Source of the DNA: an uncultured Planctomycetia bacterium
Lineage (GTDB): Bacteria > Omnitrophota > Gorgyraeia > Tantalellales > Tantalellaceae
Assembly: GCA_964565425.1 (NCBI GenBank)
Contig: CAZMEZ010000002.1
Coordinates: 13,953-77,952 of the forward strand
Direction: 5' to 3'
Length of the DNA stretch: 64,000 nucleotides
Part shown: positions 51,225 to 61,068 of the stretch, piece by piece
Layout of the letters: each line of letters opens with the position of its first letter
How positions within the stretch are numbered: the first letter of the stretch is position 1
Program-made: the position numbers and the translations under genes
The notes under the pieces: model-generated
What the model was told of the DNA's origin: nothing
Databases searched by the model: none
Seen by the model: the letters and a program-made list of their open reading frames with translations, nothing else

Positions 51225-54200
51225 ATGAATAAGCCCAAAAGATCCCCAATCTTTAAGGCAGTAAGCCTTTTTCTGGTGCTGGCGTTCTCATTATACAATG
51301 TGAGCTTCGCCGTCACGCAGGACAATATCGGCAAACCGGATACGGTCGATGTGACCGGGCCTCTTTCGGTAGAGGACATCGGCATAGCGATCGATTGCGG
51401 GACGATAAAGTCCAGGTTCAACGGTGACGCGGACAAGGTCATCGTTCACATCCAGGACGCGCACTGTAACTACGAAGCGCAGTCCAACATAAACAGGATG
51501 CTGGACCAGATCACTAAGGAATGCGGGATAGGCATCATATCGGTCGAGGGCGCGGAGGGGATCGTCGACACGACATGGTTCAGGGCATTTCCGGACGCCG
51601 AGATACGCAAGGAAGTGGCGACTTACTTCATGAAAAAAGGCGAGATAACGGGCGCCGAATTTTTCTCCATAACCTCCGATTTCCGTGGAACCATCTTCGG
51701 GGCGGAGACCAGGGACTACTACGTGAGGAACCTCAGGGCCTTCACGGACGTCTACCCCTACAAGGAGACCATCGAGAACTACTTCACCAACGTGCGGACG
51801 GTAGCCAACCGGCTGAAATCCGTGGTATATCCCGCTCAGCTCAGGGAACTGGACCAGAAGATAAGGGCTTTCGACGATAAGGATATAGAGCTCAGCGACT
51901 ACGCGGAATACCTGAACAAGATGACGCGGAAATACCGCGTGGACCTCAAGGATTGCGGGAACTTCGATAAGCTCACGCAAACGCTGGAATACGAGAACAA
52001 GATAGACTTCGATACCGTCGACCAGGAAAGGAGCGAATACATAGACGTTATCAGCAAGAAGCTGTCCAAGGAGGACATGACGGAACTGGTGACGCAGAGT
52101 ATCAGGTTCAAGAAGGGTCACATAAAAGCCGTTGACTTTTATTCCTATCTCAGGGACCTCGCGAAGGATAACAGCGTCGATATGGTCCATGAATACCCGA
52201 ACCTCTTCTATTACTATATTTACACCAAGCTTTACGACGGGATCGACAACGAGGGACTTTTCAGGGAGATAGACCTTGCGGAGATCCGCTTAAAGGACAA
52301 ACTCTTCAAGGACGAGACGCAGAGGAAACTGGATAAGTATTCCCGCATGGTCGACATGTTCGTCGACCTCACTAACATAGAGCTTACGAACGAGGATTAC
52401 GACACTTTCAAGGGTTATTCCAAGGAATTCTCTCTCGAGGACACGCTGGAGTTCTTCAAGGGGCTGGTCGACAAGTATAACCTGAACTACGCTATCGACG
52501 GACTTCCTGTCCAGATCGGCGAGAACATCCCCAAAATGGTGGATTTTTACGAGATCGCCATAAAGAGGGACAATGCCCTGATAGACAACACGCTGGATCA
52601 GATGAAGAAAGAGAAACAGGACAGGTGCGTCCTTATAGCCGGCGGTTTTCACACCAGGGGCATAAAGGACATACTCGAGAAGAAAGGCGTTTCTTACGTG
52701 GTCGTCACGCCGAAGATAACGAAGAACGTGGACACCCCGTATATCAAGGTGTTGACCAACCAGAGGACGTCGCTCGAGGACATAATCACCGAAAGCGCGG
52801 TCGTCCCCGGTATAGGGATAACCGCTTCGCGCGAGGAGATAGTCCGGCCGAAAGGCGACATGCTGAGCCCGCTCGCGAGGGTGGCGTACACGATACCCAT
52901 GTATCTCAACAAGCCCGGGGACCTGAAGGAACTTTCCGACGCGGTGGGCGCGGTTCAGGGGAGATCCCTCGAGGACGCCGCGGTGGAGTCTTACAAGGAA
53001 ATGATAGCCGCTCTCGTAAGGGGCTGGCTCATGAAGGTAAGAGAGAACGCCGCCCCGGAGGTATGGGCGACGGCCATAGAGAACTGGCATCTCCTTCTGG
53101 GCGCGTATCTCAAGAAATACGAGGAAGAAGCCGCGAAACAGGGCGTCCAGGTCATAGAAGGGCTCCGCGTGCCGGCGGCGATGCTTACGGCGGAACAGGC
53201 GGCGGCGGTAAGCCAGGAGTTCAGGGCTATATTCGAGGAGGAGGTCAAGAGAAGCAAGACCCCCGGCGCCGAAGCCATAAGGCTGGACGACAAGAACGAT
53301 CTTTATGAATCGCTTACGCCCGAGGAGGCCGCGGCGCTCGATGAGGTAATAGCGGGGATAATGTCGAAGATAGATACTACCCGCGAAAGCCGTTTGGCCC
53401 ACACGACGGAGATAATGGTCGAAAACGTCGACGCAAATACGGGCAAGACCGTTAAAAAAGCCATGGAAGTCTGGAAACTCCCGGGCTTCAGGGAAGCCAT
53501 AGAGAAATATAATGCCGCGCACGAAGCGCGGATACCGCTTGATGTGCGAGTGCACCCGGGCACCGGCAGGGGGACCTGGACGCGCATGTACATCGACGAG
53601 AGGGATTTCGCGGCGCTGGACGAAACGCAGGCGCAACGCTTGGCAAATCACGAATATTATCATATACTAAACCCTGATAAGAGCGAGAAGGACGCGATCG
53701 ATGTCCAAAAGGACGACCTCATGGACGTGCGTCTCGCTTTCATAGAAGCGGAAAAAGAAAGACTGAGACTCAAGGCCGAAGAGGAGAAGAGAGTGAAGGA
53801 AGCGCTTCTCACCAATTCGAAAGCTATGGCGGAAGCCGCCGACAAGGGCGTAGGTCCCGACATCGTCATGATCGTAAGCTCCACCGACGAGCAGGCCGAT
53901 TTCTGGCAGAAACGCCTTACCGGCAAGGATGCCGTTCACGGCTCGGGCGAGATCGTGAAGACCGGCGCCGTCGTTCTTTCCGTGCCGGAATCCAACTGGA
54001 AGGGCGGGGCCGGGAACGGTCTGGGGACGCTGAACGGTTTTGTCCAGGCCGCGAGAAAAGCGCGCGACCTGAAACTTATAGATGTCCCGGACGACGCCCC
54101 GATAGAGGAACTTATAAGGGTTTTCATGTTTTATATCAGGGGCAAGAGCTCCTTCATGTTCCACACGGCGGGTAAAGGCACGCGCACCGCGCCGCTTCCC

Positions 54201-57200
54201 GGGGCGGAAGTTAACTCAAAACCCAACATCAAACTTCCCAAGATGGTCGAGGTGGAAGGGAAACGGCAACCGGTCACCATCCTTGAATCGGTCCTAATGG
54301 AGACGAGCATATACGCTCCTTCAAGGAAGAACCGCCTGAGCGTTTTCTGGGGCGACCAGGTGATAGTAAACGAGGAGAACATAGATTTCGGGAAAAGGCA
54401 TCACGTGGAGATATTCGGGCAGAAGGTGCCGCTGGACAGGGAGATCGAGGCGTACGGTGTCCTTATCCCCGGCGAAGAAGGCGATTGCAAACAGAGGGAG
54501 AAACTCGCGCTTGACGACGTGAAGAAGGTGCTTCCCGCCGGCAGCGATGAAGTATACAAGAGCATAGGTTCTTTCACCGTTTCACTCGGTTTCCTGAACG
54601 CTTTGATGAGCATGAAAGAGCACATGGAAGCGCTCAAGAAAGCCGAAGGCAGCCTCAATACCGACCCGGACTGGTGGCAGCCGCTTACCTCTGCGCGTAA
54701 CGAATATATCGAGATGCAGGGCAAGAAAGGCGTCGACGCGAAAAAGGCCGGGGCCCAGTGGGACAGGATGAACAAGTTCTGGGAAGATTTCGAAGGCAGC
54801 GGCGAATACCTGGGAGAGGCCCTGGACCGCAAGATAGGGTTCAACGACGTAGGCCCCAATTCCTACTGGTGGGATTACGGCCAGAATAAATTCTACCTCA
54901 GGAACATGCAGATACTGACCGAGGATTCCATGGAAGGCGAGGCCGCCAGGAACTTCTTCGGCGTCGAGGAAGGCAAGTGGGTGGACGCCTCTTCCGATAC
55001 CGGTGAAGCCGTCATCGAGAACTCGATAGTCCAGAACTCCGCCATAAAGAAGGGGAGCCTCAAGAACTGCGTCGTTATAGACTGCACGCTGGACGAGGTC
55101 TACGCGGAGAACGCCGTTATCATAGGTAGTACTATATTAAAACTTAACGCGGACGGGGCTTTGTGCTACAATGTCGTGGACCATGACGTAAGCCTCCGCG
55201 AAGGTCAGCTTCTTGCGAACATATTCCATCCCGAGCTCGGTCGCTTCGCCATGCGCACCGACACGACCAGGGACGGCCAGACCGATTGGAACGGTAAGGT
55301 ATACGTGTATGATAACCAGTACACCTATCCCCAGGTTTCCGATCTGATGAAGGGCGTCAAGATGGAGGATGTCGAGCAGGCCAGGCAAAACGCGGTAGCG
55401 AATCTCAGGACGACCGACCGCATGAGCGGCGCGGAACTCGCGCAGAGATTAAGCGATGCCAGGGGCATCAGCATCGAGTCGGCGCGCGAGCTTGTGGCCC
55501 GCAGGATGCTTGTATTCGGGGACATCCAGTATTTTTACGACACCACTTATATGGATACATTCGGCGTATCAAAAGACAAGGCAGAACAGGAAGTCGACGA
55601 GGTCGGAATGGCCGGGAAGGGCGTGACGCAGGTTGAGTATAACACTTCGCTTAACGCGGACAACATGGCCGGCCTGGTTGCCAGGCTGGAATCCGCCGGC
55701 GTCCTTAATGCCGTGCGGAAAAAGCAGCTTATCGCGGCTTTGACCTACCGGAAGGTGGAAGACGTGACCGACGAAGACCTCCAGAAATACGTTCGCGCGT
55801 CGGATCTCACCGATCTTAATTTCCTTTTTGACGTTCTTAAGGAGACCGACGCCCTGTACGGGATAGATCTCGCTGAGCTCGGTATAGCCGAAAAGACTCA
55901 AATGGTGGACGTGAGCTTGCCGGAACAAGCCAGGGAAGAAGTCCTGAAGAAGTCTCTTAAAGAAGGCCTCAGGTTCGGTACAAGCGGCCTCAGAGATTTC
56001 GTAGAGAACATGCCCGACGTCGAAGTTTATATCAACACGCGCGGTTTTGTTAAATTCCTCAAGGAAAGAGGCGAGATCGACGGGAAGAACAACGTGATCG
56101 GCCTTGCCGGCGACCTCAGGGCGAGTACGCCCAGGATAATAGCGGCCGTCGCGAAGGCCATAGAGGACGAGGGTTGCAGGGTGGATTTCCAGGGGCTTGT
56201 CCCCAGCCCGACGATCGCGTACTATGCGATGCAGAAAGACATGCCCAGCATCATGGTCACCGGCAGCCACATACCCGAGGTCATGAACGGCATAAAGTTC
56301 ACCAGGAAAAGCGGTGAGGTGCTTAAGAGCGACGAGGACCCGATAAACGAACATGTTAAGGAAGCAAGGGCCGAAGAGTACGCCAAAAACTGGGATAAAT
56401 CCCTTTTCAACGGGCGCGGCATGTTCAACGTCAAACGTCCGGCTCCGGGAGCGAAGGCGGACGCGGAAACGGTTTACGTGCAAAGATATCTCGATGTTTT
56501 TCCGAAAGACGCCCTTAAGGGCAAGAAGGTGGTTTTCTACCAGCACAAGGCTGTAGGAAGAGATATAACCGCGGGAGTGTTCGCCGCGCTCGGCGCGACG
56601 GTCATTATAGAAGGAAGAAGCGAAAAGTTCGTCCCGATAGATACGGAAAAGGTCCCGGATTCCACGAGGGCCCTTTTCAGGGAATGGGCGAAAAAGCACG
56701 ATCCCGATCTTATCATATTCACCGACGGCGATTCGGACAGGCCGGGGCTGGTGGACGAGACCGGTGAATACCTTACCGGCGACTGTCTCGGCGCTCTTGT
56801 ATCGATGTACCTGAAGCCGCAGGCCGTGGGCCTTCCGGTGAGCGCCAATGATGCGGTGGTCGAAGCCCTTAAGGCGTCGGGGATAAAGGTTACTCCTACA
56901 AGGATAGGTTCACCGTATGTTATCGCGGCGATGAACGGTTATCTTGCCGCCGATCCGGACATGAAGGTCGCGGGCTGGGAATCGAACGGAGGGTATCTCC
57001 TGGGGAGCGACTGGACTATAAACGGAAAAACGCTCAAGGCGTTACCGACGAGAGACGCCATCCTGCCGCTGCTGGTAACGGCTATCTTCGCCAAGGAGCA
57101 GGGCGTGAAGATGTCGGAGCTCATAGCGTCCAGATTGCCGGCAAGATACGTCGTTTCGGACGCGGTCAACAACAAGATGGAAGGATGCGAGGCCTATACT

Positions 57201-59897
57201 CCCGATATGGGAAAGAGAATAGTCAAGGCCTATACGCCCGAAGGGACGAACGTGGTCCAGGTCGAGTACAGGATGGGGCCGGACGAGCGCACGCCGCTCT
57301 ATTATGTGTTGCGCGAAGACGGGACCGAAGGCGTAGCGTCACCGGATATGGCCGTAAAACTTGAGAATATAAGACAGCAGCTCGCGGCATATTTTCCGCC
57401 CGACAGAGGGCTTGGAGAGATAACCTACATAAATTTCATGGACGGTATAAAGATGCGTTTCGCGAGCGAAGACGGCATACATATAAGGCCGTCGGGCAAC
57501 GAGCCGATCATGAGGTTCTATGTCCAGTCTCCCAGACCGGAACGCGCCAAGAGTATAGTGGACGCCAAACTCGATTATATGCGTCCCTTGATCAGAGATT
57601 TCTCCGCTCCGGCGACGCCGGGCATGCAGGCGGTAAGGGTGGATACCGAGATGGGCAAGGCCATAGCCGCGCTCGATCAGGCGATAAAGGAAGGGAAACC
57701 CGTCCATTTCGTCCCGTCTTTCAGGACCGGAAAGGACGGCTACACGTGGGGGCAGGACGTGAGGGACAATTTCATCCTTGGGCTCATGGGCGCCAAGACC
57801 GCCGAAGAGAGGATAGCGCTTGCCGAGAAATACGGTATACCCGCGAACGAGGTCATCGGCGAAAGATGGATAACCTCGGGGCTCGTCGAGGCCGAAGGCA
57901 AACAACTGCCTAACCGGATCCTGGCCCTCTGGCCGGAACAGGTGCCGGGAAGCAAGATAACGGCTAAGGCCCTTACGTCGGGCAGGCCGCTGTCGCTCCA
58001 GTACCACAGGTTTCCAGAGATGATCGTCCCGCTCGAGGACGGCTATGCTTACCTGGGACTTAACAAGGACGTCACGCCCCAGCAGTTCATGGATAATCTC
58101 CGAAAAGGGGACGTCAGCATGTTCAACAGGGTGGAGCTCAGGAAGGGCCGGCCCGTTATCGTCCCGCCTTACATGATACACGCCTACGGCATCGTGAGGG
58201 TATACGAGGTAAAAGCCGTGACGGCTGCCGAAGACAAGGCCGGGACCATATCTTTTTACGACAGGTTGCGCCTTGATCCCGCGCAGCAGGCGGAAGTTGC
58301 TAAGATAGTCGAGGATAATACACCGGATGAAGCTGCCCGGATATTGGTAGCAAAAGGCATCGTACGGCCCAAAAAGGACGTACTTACGCTGCCTGCCGAG
58401 ACCACCCAGGCGATAGCGGCCGAACTCGAGAGGGCCGGGGCGCTTAACAGGTCCGATCTTTCGGTGGCGTATTTCACGCCGGTTGTCGTGACGGAACAGC
58501 CCGGCGTTAAATACGAAATAATGGGCCAGGCGCCGGGTTTTGTTACCGGAAGATATACCCTTGATGAGGCGAAGACCATGCGGGTGGCCCCGGCGATACA
58601 GGGCAAACAGCATTCCGTGTTCGTTACCGAGGGCACGGTAAGGATACTTAACGATAAGGGAGAAGAGATCGACGTCCTCACGCAGGGCGAAGAAAGGATG
58701 TTCCCTACCAGCGTGGGTACATACAGCATAACGGCCGTTGAGGGTTCGGCGGCGGTCTATACGCAGTATACCCCGGAGACCCCGACAAGGGCCACGCCGA
58801 TCCAGATGGAGACCGGCGAACGCACGATAGCAGATCTGGCGGAAAGCGTGCCTTCTTACGTGGCCACGGGCGTGGTAACGCCCGAGGATGCCATGACGGA
58901 CGTGGTAGAGGTGAATACCGCCGTCAGGTTCGACGTCCTGCCCGTCCAGGACGGGCGCGATTTCGTCGTGGATGTCGTAGCCGGGAGCATATCACTCATA
59001 GCGGACGGAGAAAGGCTTGCCGTTTACGAAAAAGGCGATACGCTGCTGGTAAGCGAGGATAATATCATCGACAATAAGGGGCGGATAATCGACCGTCTCG
59101 AGCTCGGTAAATACGAACTGGTAAAAGAGGGGACGGTGCCGGCAACGGTCGAGGTGAGATACCCCAAGACCGAGGCGGAAAAGATAGTATATACCGTCTA
59201 TGACATGCTCAAGAAACACATCGACGAGATAAAAGCCGGGCAGGTCGATCTTATACTGCCGGACGAGATGTTCGTCCCCGGCGGAAAGAACAGCGTAGGG
59301 TCCGCGCTCTGGGAACAGGAACAGCTTAGAAGGTACGTAAGCGACAAGATAAGGATAAGCACTTACAGCTCGCATATGGGCCTCAAGGAAGCCGCCAAGA
59401 AGAGCCTGAATAAAGGCGCGGTAGGCATTCTCGTGGCCACGGAGTCCAACATCAAGGATGCCGACAGGGATGATCCCGAGCTCAGGGACTTCCTGCAGGG
59501 CAGGAAAGGGACCCTGAGGACCCTTGCCATACCGGACCTGGACGATCTCGGGGAAAAAGGGTGGTATTTCAACCGCGAAGTCGAAGGTACGGCACTGCTC
59601 CTCGCGAGCGTTACGCCGGAGCAGATAAAGGTCGAAGGCGAGGACAACGCCGCCGATGACCTGCAGCGCCTCATGTCGCAGCTTGTGGGTAAGCCGGTCC
59701 CGAGGCAGTATCTTTATTACATGCTGTCGTACGACGAGATAGGCGACATGTTGACCAAGCTTCCCGCGGAACTCCAGGAAGATCCGTACGGCTGGCTGCG
59801 TTTTGTGGTGCAGAATCTGCTCCTCAAGATGCCGATCAAGCCGTTCGACGCCACAGAACAGCTCCACCAGAGAAGGAAGATCATGTGGTCGGTATAA
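51225..59897 (+). CDS. Giant multidomain membrane-anchored protein, 2,891 aa, with fused sugar-nucleotide biosynthesis domains
   Basis: The ATG at 51,225 is preceded by a strong SD, gagaaggagaaaaatc, with AAGGAG 8 nt upstream. The ORF track's GTG start at 51,171 has no SD. N-terminal anchor IFKAVSLFLVLAFSLYNVSFA. Terminator lies downstream. Confidence 0.9.
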   Translation: MNKPKRSPIFKAVSLFLVLAFSLYNVSFAVTQDNIGKPDTVDVTGPLSVEDIGIAIDCGTIKSRFNGDADKVIVHIQDAHCNYEAQSNINRMLDQITKECGIGIISVEGAEGIVDTTWFRAFPDAEIRKEVATYFMKKGEITGAEFFSITSDFRGTIFGAETRDYYVRNLRAFTDVYPYKETIENYFTNVRTVANRLKSVVYPAQLRELDQKIRAFDDKDIELSDYAEYLNKMTRKYRVDLKDCGNFDKLTQTLEYENKIDFDTVDQERSEYIDVISKKLSKEDMTELVTQSIRFKKGHIKAVDFYSYLRDLAKDNSVDMVHEYPNLFYYYIYTKLYDGIDNEGLFREIDLAEIRLKDKLFKDETQRKLDKYSRMVDMFVDLTNIELTNEDYDTFKGYSKEFSLEDTLEFFKGLVDKYNLNYAIDGLPVQIGENIPKMVDFYEIAIKRDNALIDNTLDQMKKEKQDRCVLIAGGFHTRGIKDILEKKGVSYVVVTPKITKNVDTPYIKVLTNQRTSLEDIITESAVVPGIGITASREEIVRPKGDMLSPLARVAYTIPMYLNKPGDLKELSDAVGAVQGRSLEDAAVESYKEMIAALVRGWLMKVRENAAPEVWATAIENWHLLLGAYLKKYEEEAAKQGVQVIEGLRVPAAMLTAEQAAAVSQEFRAIFEEEVKRSKTPGAEAIRLDDKNDLYESLTPEEAAALDEVIAGIMSKIDTTRESRLAHTTEIMVENVDANTGKTVKKAMEVWKLPGFREAIEKYNAAHEARIPLDVRVHPGTGRGTWTRMYIDERDFAALDETQAQRLANHEYYHILNPDKSEKDAIDVQKDDLMDVRLAFIEAEKERLRLKAEEEKRVKEALLTNSKAMAEAADKGVGPDIVMIVSSTDEQADFWQKRLTGKDAVHGSGEIVKTGAVVLSVPESNWKGGAGNGLGTLNGFVQAARKARDLKLIDVPDDAPIEELIRVFMFYIRGKSSFMFHTAGKGTRTAPLPGAEVNSKPNIKLPKMVEVEGKRQPVTILESVLMETSIYAPSRKNRLSVFWGDQVIVNEENIDFGKRHHVEIFGQKVPLDREIEAYGVLIPGEEGDCKQREKLALDDVKKVLPAGSDEVYKSIGSFTVSLGFLNALMSMKEHMEALKKAEGSLNTDPDWWQPLTSARNEYIEMQGKKGVDAKKAGAQWDRMNKFWEDFEGSGEYLGEALDRKIGFNDVGPNSYWWDYGQNKFYLRNMQILTEDSMEGEAARNFFGVEEGKWVDASSDTGEAVIENSIVQNSAIKKGSLKNCVVIDCTLDEVYAENAVIIGSTILKLNADGALCYNVVDHDVSLREGQLLANIFHPELGRFAMRTDTTRDGQTDWNGKVYVYDNQYTYPQVSDLMKGVKMEDVEQARQNAVANLRTTDRMSGAELAQRLSDARGISIESARELVARRMLVFGDIQYFYDTTYMDTFGVSKDKAEQEVDEVGMAGKGVTQVEYNTSLNADNMAGLVARLESAGVLNAVRKKQLIAALTYRKVEDVTDEDLQKYVRASDLTDLNFLFDVLKETDALYGIDLAELGIAEKTQMVDVSLPEQAREEVLKKSLKEGLRFGTSGLRDFVENMPDVEVYINTRGFVKFLKERGEIDGKNNVIGLAGDLRASTPRIIAAVAKAIEDEGCRVDFQGLVPSPTIAYYAMQKDMPSIMVTGSHIPEVMNGIKFTRKSGEVLKSDEDPINEHVKEARAEEYAKNWDKSLFNGRGMFNVKRPAPGAKADAETVYVQRYLDVFPKDALKGKKVVFYQHKAVGRDITAGVFAALGATVIIEGRSEKFVPIDTEKVPDSTRALFREWAKKHDPDLIIFTDGDSDRPGLVDETGEYLTGDCLGALVSMYLKPQAVGLPVSANDAVVEALKASGIKVTPTRIGSPYVIAAMNGYLAADPDMKVAGWESNGGYLLGSDWTINGKTLKALPTRDAILPLLVTAIFAKEQGVKMSELIASRLPARYVVSDAVNNKMEGCEAYTPDMGKRIVKAYTPEGTNVVQVEYRMGPDERTPLYYVLREDGTEGVASPDMAVKLENIRQQLAAYFPPDRGLGEITYINFMDGIKMRFASEDGIHIRPSGNEPIMRFYVQSPRPERAKSIVDAKLDYMRPLIRDFSAPATPGMQAVRVDTEMGKAIAALDQAIKEGKPVHFVPSFRTGKDGYTWGQDVRDNFILGLMGAKTAEERIALAEKYGIPANEVIGERWITSGLVEAEGKQLPNRILALWPEQVPGSKITAKALTSGRPLSLQYHRFPEMIVPLEDGYAYLGLNKDVTPQQFMDNLRKGDVSMFNRVELRKGRPVIVPPYMIHAYGIVRVYEVKAVTAAEDKAGTISFYDRLRLDPAQQAEVAKIVEDNTPDEAARILVAKGIVRPKKDVLTLPAETTQAIAAELERAGALNRSDLSVAYFTPVVVTEQPGVKYEIMGQAPGFVTGRYTLDEAKTMRVAPAIQGKQHSVFVTEGTVRILNDKGEEIDVLTQGEERMFPTSVGTYSITAVEGSAAVYTQYTPETPTRATPIQMETGERTIADLAESVPSYVATGVVTPEDAMTDVVEVNTAVRFDVLPVQDGRDFVVDVVAGSISLIADGERLAVYEKGDTLLVSEDNIIDNKGRIIDRLELGKYELVKEGTVPATVEVRYPKTEAEKIVYTVYDMLKKHIDEIKAGQVDLILPDEMFVPGGKNSVGSALWEQEQLRRYVSDKIRISTYSSHMGLKEAAKKSLNKGAVGILVATESNIKDADRDDPELRDFLQGRKGTLRTLAIPDLDDLGEKGWYFNREVEGTALLLASVTPEQIKVEGEDNAADDLQRLMSQLVGKPVPRQYLYYMLSYDEIGDMLTKLPAELQEDPYGWLRFVVQNLLLKMPIKPFDATEQLHQRRKIMWSV
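51430..52770 (+). other. Shared N-terminal domain, paralogue of ORF2 33,520-34,900
   Basis: See alignment in feature 33,520-34,900. Confidence 0.4.
53850..55200 (+). other. NDP-sugar pyrophosphorylase (nucleotidyltransferase) domain followed by a left-handed beta-helix hexapeptide repeat
   Basis: HTAGKGTRTAPLPGAE at about 54,160-54,210, compared with the GGxGTRLxPLT signature. LSVFWGDQVIV. Hexapeptide-like VIENSIVQNSAIKKGSLKNCVVIDCTLDEVYAENAVIIGSTILKLNADGALCYNVV at 55,005-55,180. Confidence 0.5.
55960..57560 (+). other. Alpha-D-phosphohexomutase (phosphoglucomutase/phosphomannomutase) domain, complete
   Basis: LRFGTSGLRDF compared with FGTDGIRG. Active-site loop MVTGSHIPEVMNGIKF compared with TASHNPxxDNGIK. 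Metal-binding loop IFTDGDSDRPGLVDETGEYLTGD compared with FDGDGDR. Sugar-phosphate loop GIHIRPSGNEPIMRFYVQS compared with RPSGTEP. Confidence 0.7.
57900..58760 (+). other. Type-I phosphomannose-isomerase-like cupin domain(s)
   Basis: GRPLSLQYHRFPEM matches the type-I PMI zinc-site motif LS[IV]Q.H (Gln/His ligands). Downstream MIHAYG. A second beta-rich cupin-like stretch VAPAIQGKQHSVFVTEGTVRILNDKGEEIDVLTQGEERMFP. Confidence 0.4.
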
Positions 59898-59933
59898 TCC
59901 GCGGTACAGGCAAGAAGCAGATATTCAAAGAGA

Positions 59934-59968
59934 AGGCAGGCCACTTAAAAAAGCCTGCCTTTTCCTTT
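59934..59968 (+). terminator. Rho-independent terminator after ORF3
   Basis: Stem aggcaggc (59,934-59,941) pairing with gcctgcct (59,953-59,960), 11-nt loop, followed by tttcctttat. Confidence 0.7.
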
Positions 59969-60048
59969 ATATCAGGGCTATATAAAACTTTTATATAATG
60001 GTATTTACGTTAATATAAAAGTTCGTTAAAACGTTATATTACATATAG

Positions 60049-60077
60049 TTGACAGAACAGTTGAATTTTTGTAAAAT
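60049..60077 (+). promoter_or_regulatory. Promoter for the ABC permease operon: TTGACA, 17-bp spacer, TAAAAT
   Basis: TTGACA at 60,049-60,054 and TAAAAT at 60,072-60,077 in an AT-rich spacer, about 55 nt upstream of the ATG at 60,132 (SD taaggtgg). Confidence 0.55.
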
Positions 60078-60131
60078 AAGTTCTCCTGCCTAAGGGATTT
60101 CAGGCTTTCGGTTGAATCATTAAGGTGGTTA

Positions 60132-61040
60132 ATGGAACAGGAATCGTTTTTACAGAAACTTAATAAACAGAAGATCTCCTATCTTTTTATAGCATTACCG
60201 GCGATACTCTTCTTTACATTCCAGCTCGCCCCTGTTTTCATATCCTTTTTATGGTCCTTTACCGAATACGACGTCGTGCACGCGCCCCGGTTCGTAGGGC
60301 TTGCCAATTACAGGAACATACTGACGGGCGACCCGCTTTTCTGGAAGGCCATGAGGAACACGGTATTGTATGTGCTGGGAGTGGTCCCGGTGAGCGTATG
60401 CCTTTCGCTCCTGCTGGCCGTCGCCATAGACCAGAAGATAAAGTTCAGGAATTTCTTTAAATCCATATTTTTCCTGCCCACGGTAACCGCCATAGTGGCC
60501 GTATCGGTCATATGGAAGTGGTTATACGCGGGAGAAAAGTACGGCCTTTTGAACTATTTTCTCCTAAAACTGGGGTTTCGGCCCGTAGACTGGCTTGCGA
60601 GCCCTACATGGACATTGCCTTCAATAATGATAATGTCCATATGGGCCGGGATCGGCTATAACATGATACTTTTTTTAGCGGGATTACAGACCATCCCGCA
60701 TGTCATGTATGAGGTGGCCGAGATAGACGGGGCAGGGTTCTGGACCAAATTTTTCAAAGTGACACTGCCGCTCCTCAAACCCATTATAGTATTCGTCAGT
60801 TTGATGAGCTTCATATTCAGTTTTCAGGTATTCGAACAGGTGTACATAATGACGGGCGATCAGGGCTCAATAGGCGGCGTCTTGAGTTGCGCCCTCACTA
60901 TAGTAGCTTACCTTTACGATAAAGGTTTCCAGAAGTTCCAGATGGGATACGCCTCGGCGCTGGCTTATATCATCTTCTCGCTCATATTCATACTTACGAT
61001 GATAAATAAGCGTCTTATGAGAGCTAACGTGGAGTATTGA
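60132..61040 (+). CDS. Carbohydrate ABC transporter permease, MalF/UgpA family
   Basis: 302 aa with six TM helices. N-terminal FIALPAILFFTFQLAPVFISFLWSFTEYD. Conserved loop IPHVMYEVAEIDGAGFWTKFFKVTLPLLKPIIVFVSLMSF is the EAA motif of BPD_transp_1. Confidence 0.85.
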   Translation: MEQESFLQKLNKQKISYLFIALPAILFFTFQLAPVFISFLWSFTEYDVVHAPRFVGLANYRNILTGDPLFWKAMRNTVLYVLGVVPVSVCLSLLLAVAIDQKIKFRNFFKSIFFLPTVTAIVAVSVIWKWLYAGEKYGLLNYFLLKLGFRPVDWLASPTWTLPSIMIMSIWAGIGYNMILFLAGLQTIPHVMYEVAEIDGAGFWTKFFKVTLPLLKPIIVFVSLMSFIFSFQVFEQVYIMTGDQGSIGGVLSCALTIVAYLYDKGFQKFQMGYASALAYIIFSLIFILTMINKRLMRANVEY

Positions 61041-61068
61041 TACAGCTGTAAGCTTTAAGCTGTAAGCT

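Noticed and set aside
1-59897. Possibility that the three giant ORFs are one gene split by sequencing frameshifts
   Set aside because: Each boundary carries independent signals: a terminator after ORF1, a consensus promoter plus RBS before ORF2 and ORF3, and a membrane-anchor N-terminus on both. ORF1 and ORF2 each end with the same C-terminal motif directly at a stop codon.
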